Assembly: GCA_964187785.1 (NCBI GenBank)
Contig: OZ076409.1
Coordinates: 124,001 to 188,000 of the forward strand
Source of the DNA: Amphiscolops sp. MND2022
Lineage: Eukaryota
Reading direction: 5' to 3'
DNA length: 64,000 bases
The position numbers and the translations under genes are program-made. The stretch's first letter is position 1. Every line of letters starts with the position of its first letter. The notes under the pieces are model-generated. The model worked only from the letters and a program-made list of their open reading frames with translations, made no database searches and was not told where the DNA came from. Positions 1 to 12,908 of the stretch are shown here, piece by piece.

Positions 1-3000
1 GTTCGTAAGCTCTAAGCACGTTTGCACTTGCTTGGCACCACAAGTTATGGAGAGAGGCGTGTGGAAGGCTGGAGGTTCCGCGGGATGAAGCGTCAACACA
101 CAATCATCCTCTAGTGGCACGGTATGAGCAGCAGCACCAGCCGCCTCAACTTCCGCCCGTCGGCTGTAATCGAAAACGTCGCTCACAGGATTTTCTACAC
201 CTTGTGAAGCCACATGATCCACCAGACCGCAATTGACGCAAAAGCGAACGCCGGAGCGATTCTCCGCGATGCACTCTACGCAATCTTCGGTAGTGGTTTT
301 CACGGCTTCAGGCTCTGGCATTGTGGCGGGTTTACGAGCCTCATCTCAGGTAGGACAGTCTCGGGCAAAGCGACCTGTCTGTCCACTGTTAAAACAGGCA
401 CCTAGTGGCAAGCGTACAGCAGGTGGCGCAGCCGGCGGGTTGGCGGGTGCATTGCTCGGAGGAGGTGGTGGTAACACTCCTGGTGGCGACACCATCTTGT
501 TCGGCTGCTACGGTACGAAGGGATGAAGCCTCGACCTTATGACATAACAGGGATCACATGGTTGTGAAGGTTTCGGTCAGTTTTGTTGCAGTTGCCTTGT
601 GGTGAACCGCAAGGATTCCACTGTGGGTGGGTCTCGGATGCATGGATGATGGAAAGTTCCCGTCGCAAGGCAGCGTGGCGGACACCTTCAAGGAAGCGCT
701 GGAGGATTTCATAACGCTCGGTGGTGATAGGCTCATCAGGGAATCCCTGACTACGCAGGCCTTCCAGAGCCTCTAAATACTGCAACCCAGTCTTCCTTTT
801 CCGACTGTTGTCGAGTGGCAAAGGCTTGGCGCACTTGCATCCAATCACCTCCAGTTCCGAATCGACTGGCCAGCAATTCGAAGACTTTTTCAGGCGTGTC
901 CCGTTCGGACTCGGCCTTGTTGATGATGTAGTTGCGAGTTTCACCTTCCAAGTGAATGATGATGCTCCAAGTTTTATCATCTGGAGTCGCTTAGGTTTGC
1001 GTGTGTTGCAGATAACGGCGCATGACTAGGATCCAGCCGTCAATGGAGCCGCCTGTGGATCCTCGGTAAACACTAGGCCGGGCTTGGGAGGGGTCACGGC
1101 CAGCTAGCAATAGAACCAGTTCCTTCGACATAGCTTAGGATATAGTAGTGGTGAATCGCAGCTGTTCCGGGGAGAATACTTCCCCTTCGTCACTGGCTGC
1201 TGGGGAGTTGTCCCGACTGCTCTTGGTATCCTGCATAGATAGATCTCCATTCAGATGTTCTTTTTTGCGAGTACTGCTGGCATAAGGGTTGCCCTTGAGC
1301 ACTCCTTGGCTAGCAGTTAGGAACATCGAGTCAGTTCCAGTAGTCCTTACCCTAGCGATAGCGCAGGTATCGTCATCCACGCTGCTGGTTTGGGATCCAG
1401 CTGTGGCCTTCGTTTCAGTAAAGTCAATGACTGACAAGGTGGTGGTCATTGGATCTACTCCTCGATCTTGAGTTCGAGTGAGCGCCAGTTTGGGTGGCAG
1501 CTAAACAGTGCTCAGCGTATTTGGCGCACACATATGTACCTTAGTGTGACTCTTGGTTGTTGCCTCGGGAGGCTTGGGAACTTTGGTCGCCGTTTTGGGG
1601 CTAGCCTTCAGTATCAAGGGCCGGTCAGAGTGTGCGCAGGCACCACCCTACTACTGGACGTGGCATGTTCATCTGCTCTGAGTTGGTCGCTGTCATGGGT
1701 TGCAGTACTTAGCGTGTGCATCTTTATGTTGAGCTCAGCCACCTACACTTCCGGACGAAGTTCGCGTTGAAGGAATAAATACTTCATTTCTTCTAGGCGA
1801 TATCTCATAGCATCCACTTTCGCAAATTGCGCTGTGTGTTGTTTATTAGTAGCCCTCAGGCTTTCCTTCACAGAGCTTTGCATGGCTTCAAACTCTGCGG
1901 GCAGCGCCTTATGCTGCTCATTGCACTCGGCGCGGGTATCCGCGAAGCGAGCCAAGGCTCGTTGCGCCCCAGTTTCCTCCTGCAACATCGCGGTTTTAGC
2001 GGCTGCCGCTTTCTCCTCGGCACGATAAGCCGACGATCGTCGCGAAGAGGCGATGGAGGTAGCGCCATCGCGAATTGATTGCACATTATCACGGTCCAGT
2101 TCATCTTGCATACACAATGTTGGAGGGCGCACTTTCTTCTGCTTCCCGAGGGCACTCTCGGAACTCTCGCATTGGACTGAGTTCACTTCTTGTGTCGTAT
2201 CAGTTCCTGTGATTTCGGACGTGTAAGACTCGCACGCTTTAAGTGTAGTTGTTGAGCGGCGCGTAAGCAACTTGGCTAGGGCCACTGCACCAGCCAAAAA
2301 CATGGTGTGGTTATCATTAACTACGTGGGTACGCGTACCGAGGCAAGTGGGGAATATTAGCAAGGAGTAGCATGTACAACTGGGTTACCAGCAAAGCTCA
2401 AACTTCACAATCGCATGTGACTTACTGGGCAACCAGGGGTGTCCATGGGACACCGGATCCTTAGCTAGGGTCCACGGAGGGTGTGCGACTGCCATTCGTT
2501 TCAGTGAAGACCTAACTAAAATCAGTCTCTGCCCATCCCAGAAAGATCAAAATCACTTCTAGTGATCGTAGCGAGCTCACATTCACTCCAGCAGTAGTTT
2601 CACACCCAAAAACTCAGAAAATTAGTTTGGTGTTACGCGTTCGTGGGGGCGAGCACGGGACGTTTACGATGATTTTTGAATTTTCTCGAACAGTTCAAAA
2701 AAACAAGTAGCTCGTACTCGTCACTCAAAACTCGGATCCGGCCTGTGGTTCCTACTGGAAAGTACGTACGTAGTGGTGAATGCTGATACGGTCTCTGAGG
2801 ATGGTACACTATTTCGCTTCGGTAAGGACGTGCGATACGCCTATGTCTCCGTAGCACCTAAATTGCACACTTTCTGTACGATTTCCAAATATTGGTGTGA
2901 GTTAGCGGCTTGGTTTTCTTGCTAACAGTGCACCAAATAGTACCAATCACGTTAGTAGGCAGCAATTTGTTCCCACTTATCAGCTACGGTAATCAGGCAC

Positions 3001-4810
3001 TTCCAAAAAATTCGAAAAATTCTCCTTTTTGCACCACTTTTTGTGCAAAACGTTTTCCACAATTTCTCAACAATGACTGCACCGATCGGCACGAAACTTA
3101 GTAGGCGCTGCCAGTAAGCACCCACAATACTGGGTCAACGGTCCGATGAAAGGCCGCGAGCTTTTTTAGGATTTTGACTTGGTAGAGACACTATCTTAGC
3201 AAACACCGTCTTTTTTGACACTTTTTTCACAAATTGGCTAGGCGGGTCGACACTACAAATGTTACGGCAGGCAAAATAAGGTCAATGTGTTGCGCCACTG
3301 GTCACAGCACTGCCACAAGCCCTAAATCAGGTATGCCTAATAGGTAGGAAGTTCTGTCAGTCTCGCAGTTTTGGCTTTTTTTGGCAAGTTTGACACTTTC
3401 TGAAGTCAAAACGTCAGAGAGTTTTTATCAAATTTGGCTGTCGTTAGGCTCACCAAAATTTTTGGCACAAGGGTTTGTTTTGGTGGTAGTTACGAAGATG
3501 CAACCGTTCAATGACCCGGCCTCAACTTTGGGACAGTCCGGTTTCTGGATAATCGACCAATTTAAGTGCGTTTTTCCACATTTCACTGAACCGAATGGGA
3601 GTTTTTACATGCGATTTTTTCCACCGCACGTTAGTTTTACTACTAAAACAGAAGATGAGAGCTCACAAGCTCTCTCGGGCAATTTAGGGTTTGCTCTGTA
3701 GAGATTTTTACTATGTACTCCACTGGGCCCAAAACTGTCAAAATTACAAGATTTTTGTTTATCCACAGTTTCGGGAGCGGCTAAACGTGTTACAAAAACA
3801 ATTCTCAGTGCCCTATGGTTGTGTGTTGCTCGAGAAACGACTTTACAACGTTTTCCCAGTCTTTTACGCCTGTCTGCACCTGTGGTTTTAGGCGAACTTT
3901 TGCCCTTTTCTCCATTTTTTGCACTTTTTTTTACCACAAATCACGTCTTTTTTACCTAAAAAAGTCGCGGGAACGACCAACATTTATTTTTCCCGACTTC
4001 CTCAGAGCTTGAGGCTGCTTTCTTCCCAATTTTTGCAAAGCTACGTTTGACTTACGGAGCACTCGTGCTCCAACCAAAAATATAGCTATTTTTGCGAAAA
4101 CTCTGTTTTCTTCGCTCAAACGCGTTCCATAAGGTTTCGTTACATTGCAAAAAAAGGTCACTGACCTGCATCAACGATTCCCCACAAAAGATGTGCAAAT
4201 TCAAAAGTTTCACGAACCATGACCCATCTGAGCGACATTTCTCAACACCACGCAATTTCTCAACACCCAGACCAGCTAGAGACTTGCAATTTGAACCCTT
4301 AGCATCGTCAGCGCTTGCAATCGCTGCCCACCAAATTTCGTCCCTCTCGGACATCTCCTCGAGAAACTTGAAACAACGAATCATGAACCAACATCGCAAA
4401 ACACTACTTTTCGCCCCTCCGTCGCTCTGTTGGAGTATGGCTTTTCCTCCATCGGCGGCTGTCTTGCATAGCTCAAAAAGCTGCAAAAAGCTGAAAGTAC
4501 CTGTTAAACACCCGTAGCCACGTGCTACGGTAACTACGATCTACAAAACGTATACCTGCTGATGGATTACCACATCACAACATCACAAAATATGCATTTA
4601 CTGGTTTTTGAACCTGAAAAAGCCATTATCACACCGGAAACTTGCTTTTTCCGGGCTTTTCTGGGACCTTTCCGTTCCAACCTCCAGGAATGCTTGCTGT
4701 TGTTAACAAAGAGGCAAACTCTGGCTTATCCAACAGAGCCGAAACTGTCTTGGCGCTGGATACCGGTGGGCCAAATTTTTAAGAACAATGCAAGAAAGCT
4801 TCTCAGAGAC

Positions 4811-4829
4811 GATCCCTCTGTGGTCGCCA
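4811..4829 (-). promoter_or_regulatory. Primer binding site, tRNA-Arg-like (TGGCGACCACAGAGGGATC)
   Basis: + strand GATCCCTCTGTGGTCGCCA resembles the 3' end plus CCA of metazoan tRNA-Arg(TCG) (..TCCCTTCGTGGTCG-CCA, recalled). It sits just inside the LTR and is conserved in copy B (TGGCGACCAC at 13630). Confidence 0.7.
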
Positions 4830-4847
4830 AAAAATATTGATGTTCCA

Positions 4848-5556
4848 TGTAACGGCAAGCGCTAAGTTACTGTATCGTAACATTGGAGTGGAGGAACTAG
4901 TAGCATGGATATGGTCCGGGACAAACCACTATGATATCAGCTCACTTTGTCCTCCTAAGCATAGCCGGTCTCGAGGAGGGGGAACCGTCTCTAGAGATGC
5001 TCTCTGGCCTAATACCAGTCTGTAACTGCTAGGAATCACAGAAATTGTGCTTTTTTCTCACAACCACTGTGTAGACAACTCATAAAAAAAACAAGGTAGT
5101 GTAAAACTGATTTTTACCAACAGGAATCTGGATAAATGCATAACGTAGAGGTAGCCGTAGAGCTAAAAATTAATCAAACAAATACATCAATTACGACAAT
5201 AAAGTCCAGTTCGGCGAAGATAATGGGTGTGAGGGCGGCATGGCACCAGCGCTCGAGCTGGGCACAACCTTCGGTCTCGGGTACGGTGATCATTAAGCTG
5301 TCATGCTGAGTTCCGGGCTAATCCTGCAAAACCATGCTTTCAGCAGGCAAACACCGTGGATACAGCCAGTTCGCTGTCTTCTTGTCTCTTTTTGTGCTTG
5401 TCACGCTCTTTTCGTTCTCGCTCTCTCGCGCGGCGCTTCTCTGTTTATTTCTTTTTACTTTCTGCTGACAGCCAAGCCATGTTCCAGTGCCACGTCAGTT
5501 TTGAACGATTTTTTCAACATAAGTCAAAATTTCGTTGACCATTGGATGCCTTTACA
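4848..5556 (-). repeat. 5' LTR of copy A (~709 bp, TGTAA...TTACA termini)
   Basis: Similarity to 12909-13615 begins exactly at TGTAA in both copies. The inner end TTACA lies shortly before the PBS; the inner boundary could be a few nt further in. Confidence 0.75.
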
Positions 5557-5755
5557 TTACTTTTTCTCTACACCAGAGACCTTACACTGAAGAGTCCACT
5601 TCTTACACTAGTTACTGTCCCCCATCCAGTTTTTTCCAGTTTTTCAATGTTTTGTACCAAACCGAACGAGAATATGGGTCCCCAGGTATAATTGTTTCGG
5701 CGAAATATCGGAACAGAAGCGCTATATGCGATCTTTTGACGTTATAACCGTTATT

Positions 5756-5958
5756 GAGGAGGAGGAGGAGGAGGAGGAGGAGGAGGAGGAGGAGGAGGAG
5801 GAGGAGGAGGAGGAGGAGGAGGAGGAGGAGGAGGAGGAGGAGGAGGAGGAGGAGGAGGAGTAGGAGGAGGAGGAAGAGGACGGAGGAGGGAGGAGGAGGA
5901 GGAGGAGGAGGAGGAGGAGGAGGAGGAGGAGGAGGAGGAGGAGGAGGAGGAGGAGGAG
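5756..5958. repeat. (GAG/GGA)n trinucleotide microsatellite, ~200 bp
   Basis: Directly visible, with a few interruptions near 5860-5890. Confidence 0.98.
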
Positions 5959-7510
5959 GCGCAGGTTCGAACACAGGAGTTTGTCATGAGAACGTCCCAC
6001 GCATACTTTGAAAAGTGATCGTTTTGCTCCTTAGATATAGCGTCGACTTAACGGAAACATTGTTGAATGAAAACATGAGTTGCTCATTTTTTGACATGGT
6101 CACACTTCTCGCTAGAAGAGCTGGTCGAAAAGATTGTGCTCGTGGAGATACTGCTATGGTGGTTGGATCAGCATGTTTCACTGTAGCAGAGGATTTGACA
6201 TTGAATGCTTTGAATTCGCTGTAGCTGTTGGAGATCATTATTCGGAAGGAAGACTAGAGCTCTTCTGATTGTCCTGATTATTTTCCTTATCCTTGTGCTT
6301 GCGAATGTTTCTTCAAAGACCTTCAACGTTTACTTGAAACCACTCTACTCAGTCTTGGGCTTAACTTTCCTTCGAATCAGTAATCTCATTCTTTTTGTCT
6401 CTTGTATTTCAATTTGCTATCAATGGACAGGAAGTTATAGTACAAAAGCAGCTTTCGAGAGCAACAATTTCGAGTGAAATTTCTTAGCCGCCAATTTTGA
6501 GCCAACCATGATGATAACAACTTTGGAATTAGCCCTTTTTTTCCTTTATCGTTTCAATTTGTTGAACTTGATCATCTAAGATACCACTATTCCTTTTCAT
6601 TGAGCTTTGCAATCGTTTTCCAGCCTCAGTTGCCTTTCTTGGAAAACTCATTGGTGAATCTTTCGCGTCTGGTCTTTTTGTACATTCATGGGAACAGTTA
6701 GCTTTCTCTCATTACCCGACTGATTCAAATGTTTCGTTCAGTGATCTGACTGATTCGAACTGACTTCGACACTCTCATGTGGCGAAGTTCCATTTTGTTC
6801 AACAGGAAACGTAAAAAGCGTTTGACGAAGCTAAACTACTATTCTTCCCACACGATGCATACACTGAGCAACATAAAGAACAGATGGAAATTTATTAAAC
6901 TCTCCGGGAAAGAAAATTGAAAACCTATAAGAAATCTGAATTTGACTTTAGCAACTCAGCTGACTAAACCGTATATCTTTTGATAACAGTCCAGGCACGA
7001 AAACTCGTCTCGGTCGTTTGACTCAGCTGAATAGCTTCAAGAGAAACCTTTATCTAATGTTTATTCAACAGAAAACTTTTTTCTGATAGGTTAACGAAGA
7101 AAAATGCGTTCAATACTCATTTCTCGAGCAATTTCAATATTCAACATTTTCATGTTGTAATATGTGAATCTGAGGACAGAATTGGGTTGGGAGATATTCT
7201 TCAAAGTTTAAGCCCTACTGTGATTCGCCAGCTTCAGGATGGAATTGGAGCGAAACCTGAAAGAAGACTCGCTCTTCACACTTCGTCCGACGATAGTCAG
7301 AATCGCAGGTTCAATCCAACCTTCTCAGAAGAAGAGCTCACTTTTAGGTTGTCAAAGCTGGGAACAACCACCGATGCTAAAACAAAGAAAACCTTGACAC
7401 GAAAATGCCTAAACACGCTTGCAAAGTTTTGAAGCCGGTCTTCCTCTTACTGTCTAATAAAATCTATCCCCATAGAAAGTATTCAAAGTAATAACCTCGC
7501 AAAATCCCGG

Positions 7511-10500
7511 TGTCACTTGTTCTATTCTGACAAACTAAAGACTACGTTGAAAGAAAGAGTTAAGAGAATATCTATTGTGCACTGACTGTTTCGTAGATAC
7601 CAATTTGTATATAATAAAGTATCTAATTTAATGTGTAGCTGAGTTTTGTTTATCGACAACAATCAGTTTGACTAGACAGTTTTGACAGTTAGTGAAGCGA
7701 AACTCGGTAGAGGGCAGAAACCGGAATGAACCGAATATCACATTGTCCCCTCTCTCTGTTTCTCCTTCCCAACGGTCCCGGTGGTGTCGCGTCTCCGGGA
7801 AAAAGTCTGAGGGCTTCTGTATTTCTTCTGGCTCCCGTTCCTTTCATTCTGGTCCCCAGATTTACTGTGATAAAAACAATGTACATTTAGCCCTATGATT
7901 CTAACCCCAAGAATTTCCGGTGTATGGCATACTGCCGTATCTATTCTGATTTTTACCATTTCGGTTTGATCGTCTTTGTTTTCTAAATTCTCACCCGATA
8001 GTTCACCGTCGCAGTGGATCTGCAATGCATCCTCTTCCGCATTGGTCCGTATGGGTGCAAATCTTCCGTTGAGTTCGGAAGTATCATAGACCTTTGGTGC
8101 CCCGGTCTCCTCCGGCCTTTCATCGTCGTCTTCATCATCATCGTCTTCTTCAGTGTCACTTTCCGTGGCTTTTCGGTTTTGGACGATCTTCAGTTTTCCG
8201 TATATTATATCACAGAGTATTTCGTCCCAGCGCCCGTATTTGACATTGTGACACCTCAAGCAGTGCCTGTTTTTTGGATTGATTTCACCGCTCGTGTTGA
8301 TGGCCGGCTCCTTTCTTGATATTCGTTCGTTCTAAATTATATGAAATATTGGTCTCGAAATAAATTGTATTTCCGGTACCCGCTTTTACGATACTTTTCA
8401 CCATTGGTATTCTCACCTTTCGCATCAAGGCCCACAGAAATAGGAATCTTTAGTGTGCTCGATGCTGAAATAATTAATCAAACAAACATTTTTCCGTCTT
8501 TAACGATATTCGCTAATTCGGTTCTCGGTTGTCTGCCGTGGTGTTATTCTAACGGTGTTATTTTCCATCCCGTATGTATTGTAAAACGCATAAAACATTA
8601 CGCTCGATTCAAACTTTCGATTAAGTTTATTCCGTGTTCCAGATTCGCTATAACCAAGTTTTTTCAAGGTTTGTATTGATTTTTTCAAAACTCCGTTTCC
8701 GGTATGCATTCAAGGTGAGCAATATTCTATTTCAATATTTCGGCTTTTGCAAAACTGCCTAAATCTTTTCTGAATCCCCTTCATAGGATTTTACTTTTTC
8801 GGGTATTTCGTGAAAGTTAAAATTACTCGCTAGGTATTTTATCACCTTTTTGTTTTCAATTTTTGCACATTTTTACGGTAGGCCATTTGCTGAATCTGTC
8901 TACAGCAATAAGTAATTGTACTTCGCCGTGTAAATTTTTGTTTTCTAACGTTCCGATAAAATCGATTTGTATTTCTTGACAGGGTTCGGACAGGGTTCGG
9001 TATTTACCTGATGCTAGGCATGAAGTGCCTCCTTGACTTTCTGTTGTATCTTTGGTGGGTTCAATTTTAGAAATGCTTTCACTTTTTATTCATTTGGTTT
9101 TATTCCGTTTTTGTCAATTTCGTGGCCCAACCACTTTGTTTGGCTAATGAAAAAGTTTCTTTTGCTTGCCCGGTATCCGGCTTTTTCCGATTTATTCAGC
9201 AAATTGAATGATTTTTTTCTTGTGATCTTGAAAATTACTAAAATTATATCATCTAACCAAACCGAGTGTACAGTACCCGAGTGTTCAGTCAATTGTTTCC
9301 TGAAATAATGTGGATATAACAGCAAGACTGTGGTATCGTTTTTGCAATGGTAGTATTCGCTAAACTTTCCCCGGGTTATCACGAATACGCGTTGTCTCCT
9401 AGGACAATTTCATCTGTCCGTATGCGTAGTCTAAATCAATTTTTGATATAAATACTTGTGCTGTTCGGTAAAATGCTCAGGTTATTTTGGTTTTATAATT
9501 CCTCAATGTTCGGCATATGTCGTCTCAATTTGATGCAACTGTCATTTAGTTTCCGTGAATCTAAAGCCATTTTTACCGATTTATCGCTTTTCACGGTTAT
9601 TACCGCCGGTAATACATAACGATCTTTATACACATATTTTTTTTCCAAAAATCCGGCTTTTTATCAGTTTTTCTAGTTCTCGACCCACATCCTCCTGCAT
9701 GTGTAGTGGTACCGGTCTGGTTTTTTGTTTTGCTGCGTATTGTCCCGTCCTGGTCTTAACTGGATGTTTAGTTCATCTCTGTGTATTATAGTCTTTCAAT
9801 ATTCTCAAACGAGTCAAGAAATCTGTAGAATACATTCTCGCGTTCTGATTGGCTGTTGAGTTTGAATTTCATCGTCCAGTTCATCCCGAGTAGAGGTGTT
9901 ATATCTGTTCTTTCCGTTATCACAATTTCCATTTTTTGTTCCTTTTTCGCGTATTCCACATCTACCTGAGTTTTTCTTCGGGATTTTACTTCGTTCTTGT
10001 TCACCTCTTGGTATCTGTTTGTGATTTTCTGTAATCCAGTTGATTTCAGTATCTTTTCGTCCGGCGGCATTATTGTTATGGGTTATTCCGTATCGATGTC
10101 CTTCTTTGTCCCGTTTGTTTACACTGTTGCCGTATATATTCGTTCTTTTTTCAAGTTTCTTTATATCCTTAATGTGATGTACATTTTCTCCTGATTCACT
10201 TGATGCTTCGTCTCGGTCGTCAGTTTTTTTTCAGTTAGTCTTTTAATGGTTCTGTTGTTGGTGTATTTCTGTCTACATACCTTTGCGTAGTGTCTTTTTT
10301 CCCATAATTGTTGCAATTTGTTTCAATTGCTGGACACTTGTGTATTGGTGTCAAAATCGGTGCCCCGCAAAATATACATGACCTTTCTAGTCTGTCTGTT
10401 TTTTGGTCTGGCGCTTAACTTTTCTATCTTTTGTACGGGTTTTTTTGTGTGTTTTTCTTTTGTCAAAATTAGCGTCTCCAGTTATGTGTTCTTCTTGTTT

Positions 10501-11190
10501 TTCTGTTCATAGGTGTTTTGTTTGCATAATTTATCGTCTTTTTCAGTTCTAGTGTCTTTTTTTGTTGTCGGTGATTGCTGTCATGTTTTTAGATACCTGT
10601 AGTTCTCGATCTCGATTAGTCCTCTCCAAAACTCCTCGGGTGTTTCTTCTTTCGTTTGTTTTTCCCAAAAGAAGTCTCCACGGTTGTGGTATGTGTTGCG
10701 TTCCAGTAAGTAGTACTCGATGAACAACCGGATGAAGTCTTCAATTATGATACTTTCCGGTTCCGTTTTATACTCGGCACGGGTTGTTTGATACAACGCT
10801 TCAGGTCCTACTTCCCAGATGAAATCTTCCTGGATGAGGTGTTCTTTTCCGGTCCACCTGGTTTCCGTGATGTCTTCTCCTTTTATCAGTGGTGCGCTAC
10901 CTTATTTATGTTCTCGTTTAGTAAACTGCCGGAATCGTTCTAACCACTGTCACGGTGTGAATTTCGCGTTTCCGTGCTTCTACGTCCGGTAGTGTATTTT
11001 TTTCTGTCATGGTTCTAGTTTTTTAAGAAGGTTTCATTAGAAAAATGGTCGAGCTGGCGGTTACCCAAAATCAGTCTGGAAGACGTATCAAAAACACCAA
11101 ACACAGAAGACACACCGAGAAGACACCCGATGAGCGTAGACAACTCCGAAAAACAACCAAAACCCCCCGTGTTGGTCTTGCTCGTGCCAG
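7511..11190 (-). mobile_element. Decayed, internally deleted Ty3/Gypsy element (gag-PR-RT-[RNase H missing]-IN, PPT, putative 3' LTR)
   Basis: Minus-strand motifs: gag (ERNTYHNRGDFFWEKQTKEETPEEFW), protease relic (DIDTE*PITIMPP), RT (ISKIDLDYAYGQMKLS, VWLDDII, KWLGHEIDKNGIKP), integrase (EPCQEIQIDF...LLIAVDRFSKWP, HTGNGVLKKSIQTLK). Purine tract AGAGAGAGGGGACAA precedes TGTGAT at 7742. PBS-like TGGCACGAG at 11181-11189. Many stops and frameshifts. Confidence 0.85.
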
Positions 11191-11399
11191 AAATCGCTCT
11201 TTTGCAACAGCATCAGAAGAAGTGCTTTGGAAACTGTGTAACTCAACAGCAGGAAAAGGCTTTTTTTGCATGTACTGCCTCAGACTGGCAACTCAATGAC
11301 TAGCTGAGACTGTATGTCGATCTTTCTGGCGCATTTCAGTGTAATTGTTGAAACTTTCAGGTAGTTGGAGATTTATGATCTGCTACATTAATTATGGTC

Positions 11400-11917
11400 A
11401 TCACATATACCCCATAAAATGTACTTCAGCTAGTTGCCATCTTTAGACCTCAGGAGTAAGTTGGAAGTCTCGGCAACGCTAGGATCCGTTATTACGTGCT
11501 TGTGGGGGGACGTGTCCGGACATTCATAACGCCAGCACGTTGCCTCAAAGCTCTGAAAAAGTAGTGTTCTCGCCGTTAGAAATGTCCCCCACCAGAACAC
11601 TTCTGGGAACAAGACTGAGGTCTAGGCTAGTGAACAGACTACAGTTTAGTGTCCAGGCAACCAGGTCATTGTCCCGGCTCAAGCATGTGTTCCTTTTGCA
11701 GGAGTTTCTATGAGTGACTAATCGAAGGCTTGAGACCTCACAAAAAAGTGTTTATATGCTCTATCTGCTAAAGACCAAGCTAACTGAAGTCAAGCAGCTA
11801 CACGCGACCAGCACATTAACTTTTGTAGACTTTGACTTTCGAGGTATTCGACTCACTCTGCGAAAAGAGCTCACTGATGACAACTTTGATGCTGGGATCA
11901 GAACAATTGGTCACTAG
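11400..11917 (+). pseudogene. Possible highly decayed non-LTR retrotransposon RT fragment
   Basis: Weak motifs LQFSVQATRS...HVFLLQ and ATSTLTFVDF...(frameshift) FDSL resemble the RT domain 2a/3 pattern QxGFR..RS / FVDFxKAFDS. Confidence 0.3.
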
Positions 11918-11923
11918 AACGGA

Positions 11924-11963
11924 AGGGTTAGGGTTAGGGTTAGGGTTAGGGTTAGGGTTAGGG
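11924..11963 (+). repeat. Interstitial telomeric repeat AGGG(TTAGGG)6
   Basis: Six perfect TTAGGG units at 11928-11963. Confidence 0.95.
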
Positions 11964-12908
11964 TCGCCAGAAAAAAAACAAGAGACGACATTCTGAAAAA
12001 TTGGATATCGTCCACAAAAAGCTGCAACAATTAGTACAGCAACTATTTTGTCGAATGTTTTTTATTCTTAAGTTCCAAAAGCCTCTCATACCAACCCCCT
12101 AGAGAGAGTGGCGAAAAGTATCTGTTCCGACAACTGCCGGAAGGAAATATGATAATTACTCTCAAAAATGATTCTAAATTGCAAAGTAGAGCTGGAAGCA
12201 TATGCTTACAAACAATGGCTAAAAGAATCACCCCTCTCCAGATGCAAAAAGTAAGTCGAGTCGCCTGATTCTCTTGTTTTCTCACTTCTCATTTTTTGCC
12301 TTCGCGCCACGCCTCTTCCGACACTGAACATATACAAGCATGAAGAGATATAGAACAAGACCGGAACGTAGAGTCGGCACTATAATTACGGCTCAAAAAG
12401 CACAGTTTTCAAAGTATGTCTGGGACCGTTTCATGAACAACATGTTTTCAACAACAACATGTTTTGGAACCTCCGCTTCCTCTTTAAGAAAACGCTATTT
12501 AGTTCGGATATAACGTCAAAAGTTTATACAAAAGTCAAATATTGCGAAAGTAAACACTTTTCAATTCAAAGTCGAACAATCAGATTTAGCCCTCCACTTT
12601 GGATATTACGAAAGTAAAAAGTAAATAAATATATTAAAAGTGAAAAATGAAAGGGGGACTCGTCGTACGAAGCTTCCGCTTGCCGGACATGGTAGTTTCT
12701 GTAAAAAGTGGACATTTCAGTGTGAGGTTTGTGGTCTGGAGAAAAGAGGTCACTTTAAAAATCGGGCATTTTTGCTTCACAAAAAGCGCCCACTAAAACT
12801 AAACAAGAGTCAAAATTATCAAAACTATAGGCAGATTCGAGAAGCAAGTTGAATGAAAAAACACAGTATGCTACCAGACGGAATATACAGATATGTGAAA
12901 CAACAAAG

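Larger units (their letters stand above)
1..5556 (-). mobile_element. Ty3/Gypsy-type LTR retrotransposon remnant, copy A (5' LTR, PBS, ~2.4 kb leader, decayed gag; runs off window start)
   Basis: Minus-strand frameshifted gag-like peptides (LEGETRNYIINKAESERDTPEKVFELLASRFGTGG..QVRQAFATRQQ / YLEALEGLRSQGFPDEPITTERYEILQRFLEG). Two degenerate CCHC knuckles: CFNSGQTGRFARDCP (~350-400) and CVNCGLVDHVASQG (~200-242). LTR and PBS upstream. Colinear with copy B at 12909-17330. Confidence 0.85.

Noticed and set aside
5612..6011. Poly-Pro/Leu/Ser/Arg/Gly ORFs
   Set aside because: Translations of a (GAG)n microsatellite.
5984..7450. Possible coding or TE remnant between the microsatellite and the Gypsy 3' LTR
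   Set aside because: Short stop-ridden ORFs with no motif I could recognise.
11924..11963. True chromosome end
   Set aside because: Only six units, with ordinary sequence continuing on both sides.
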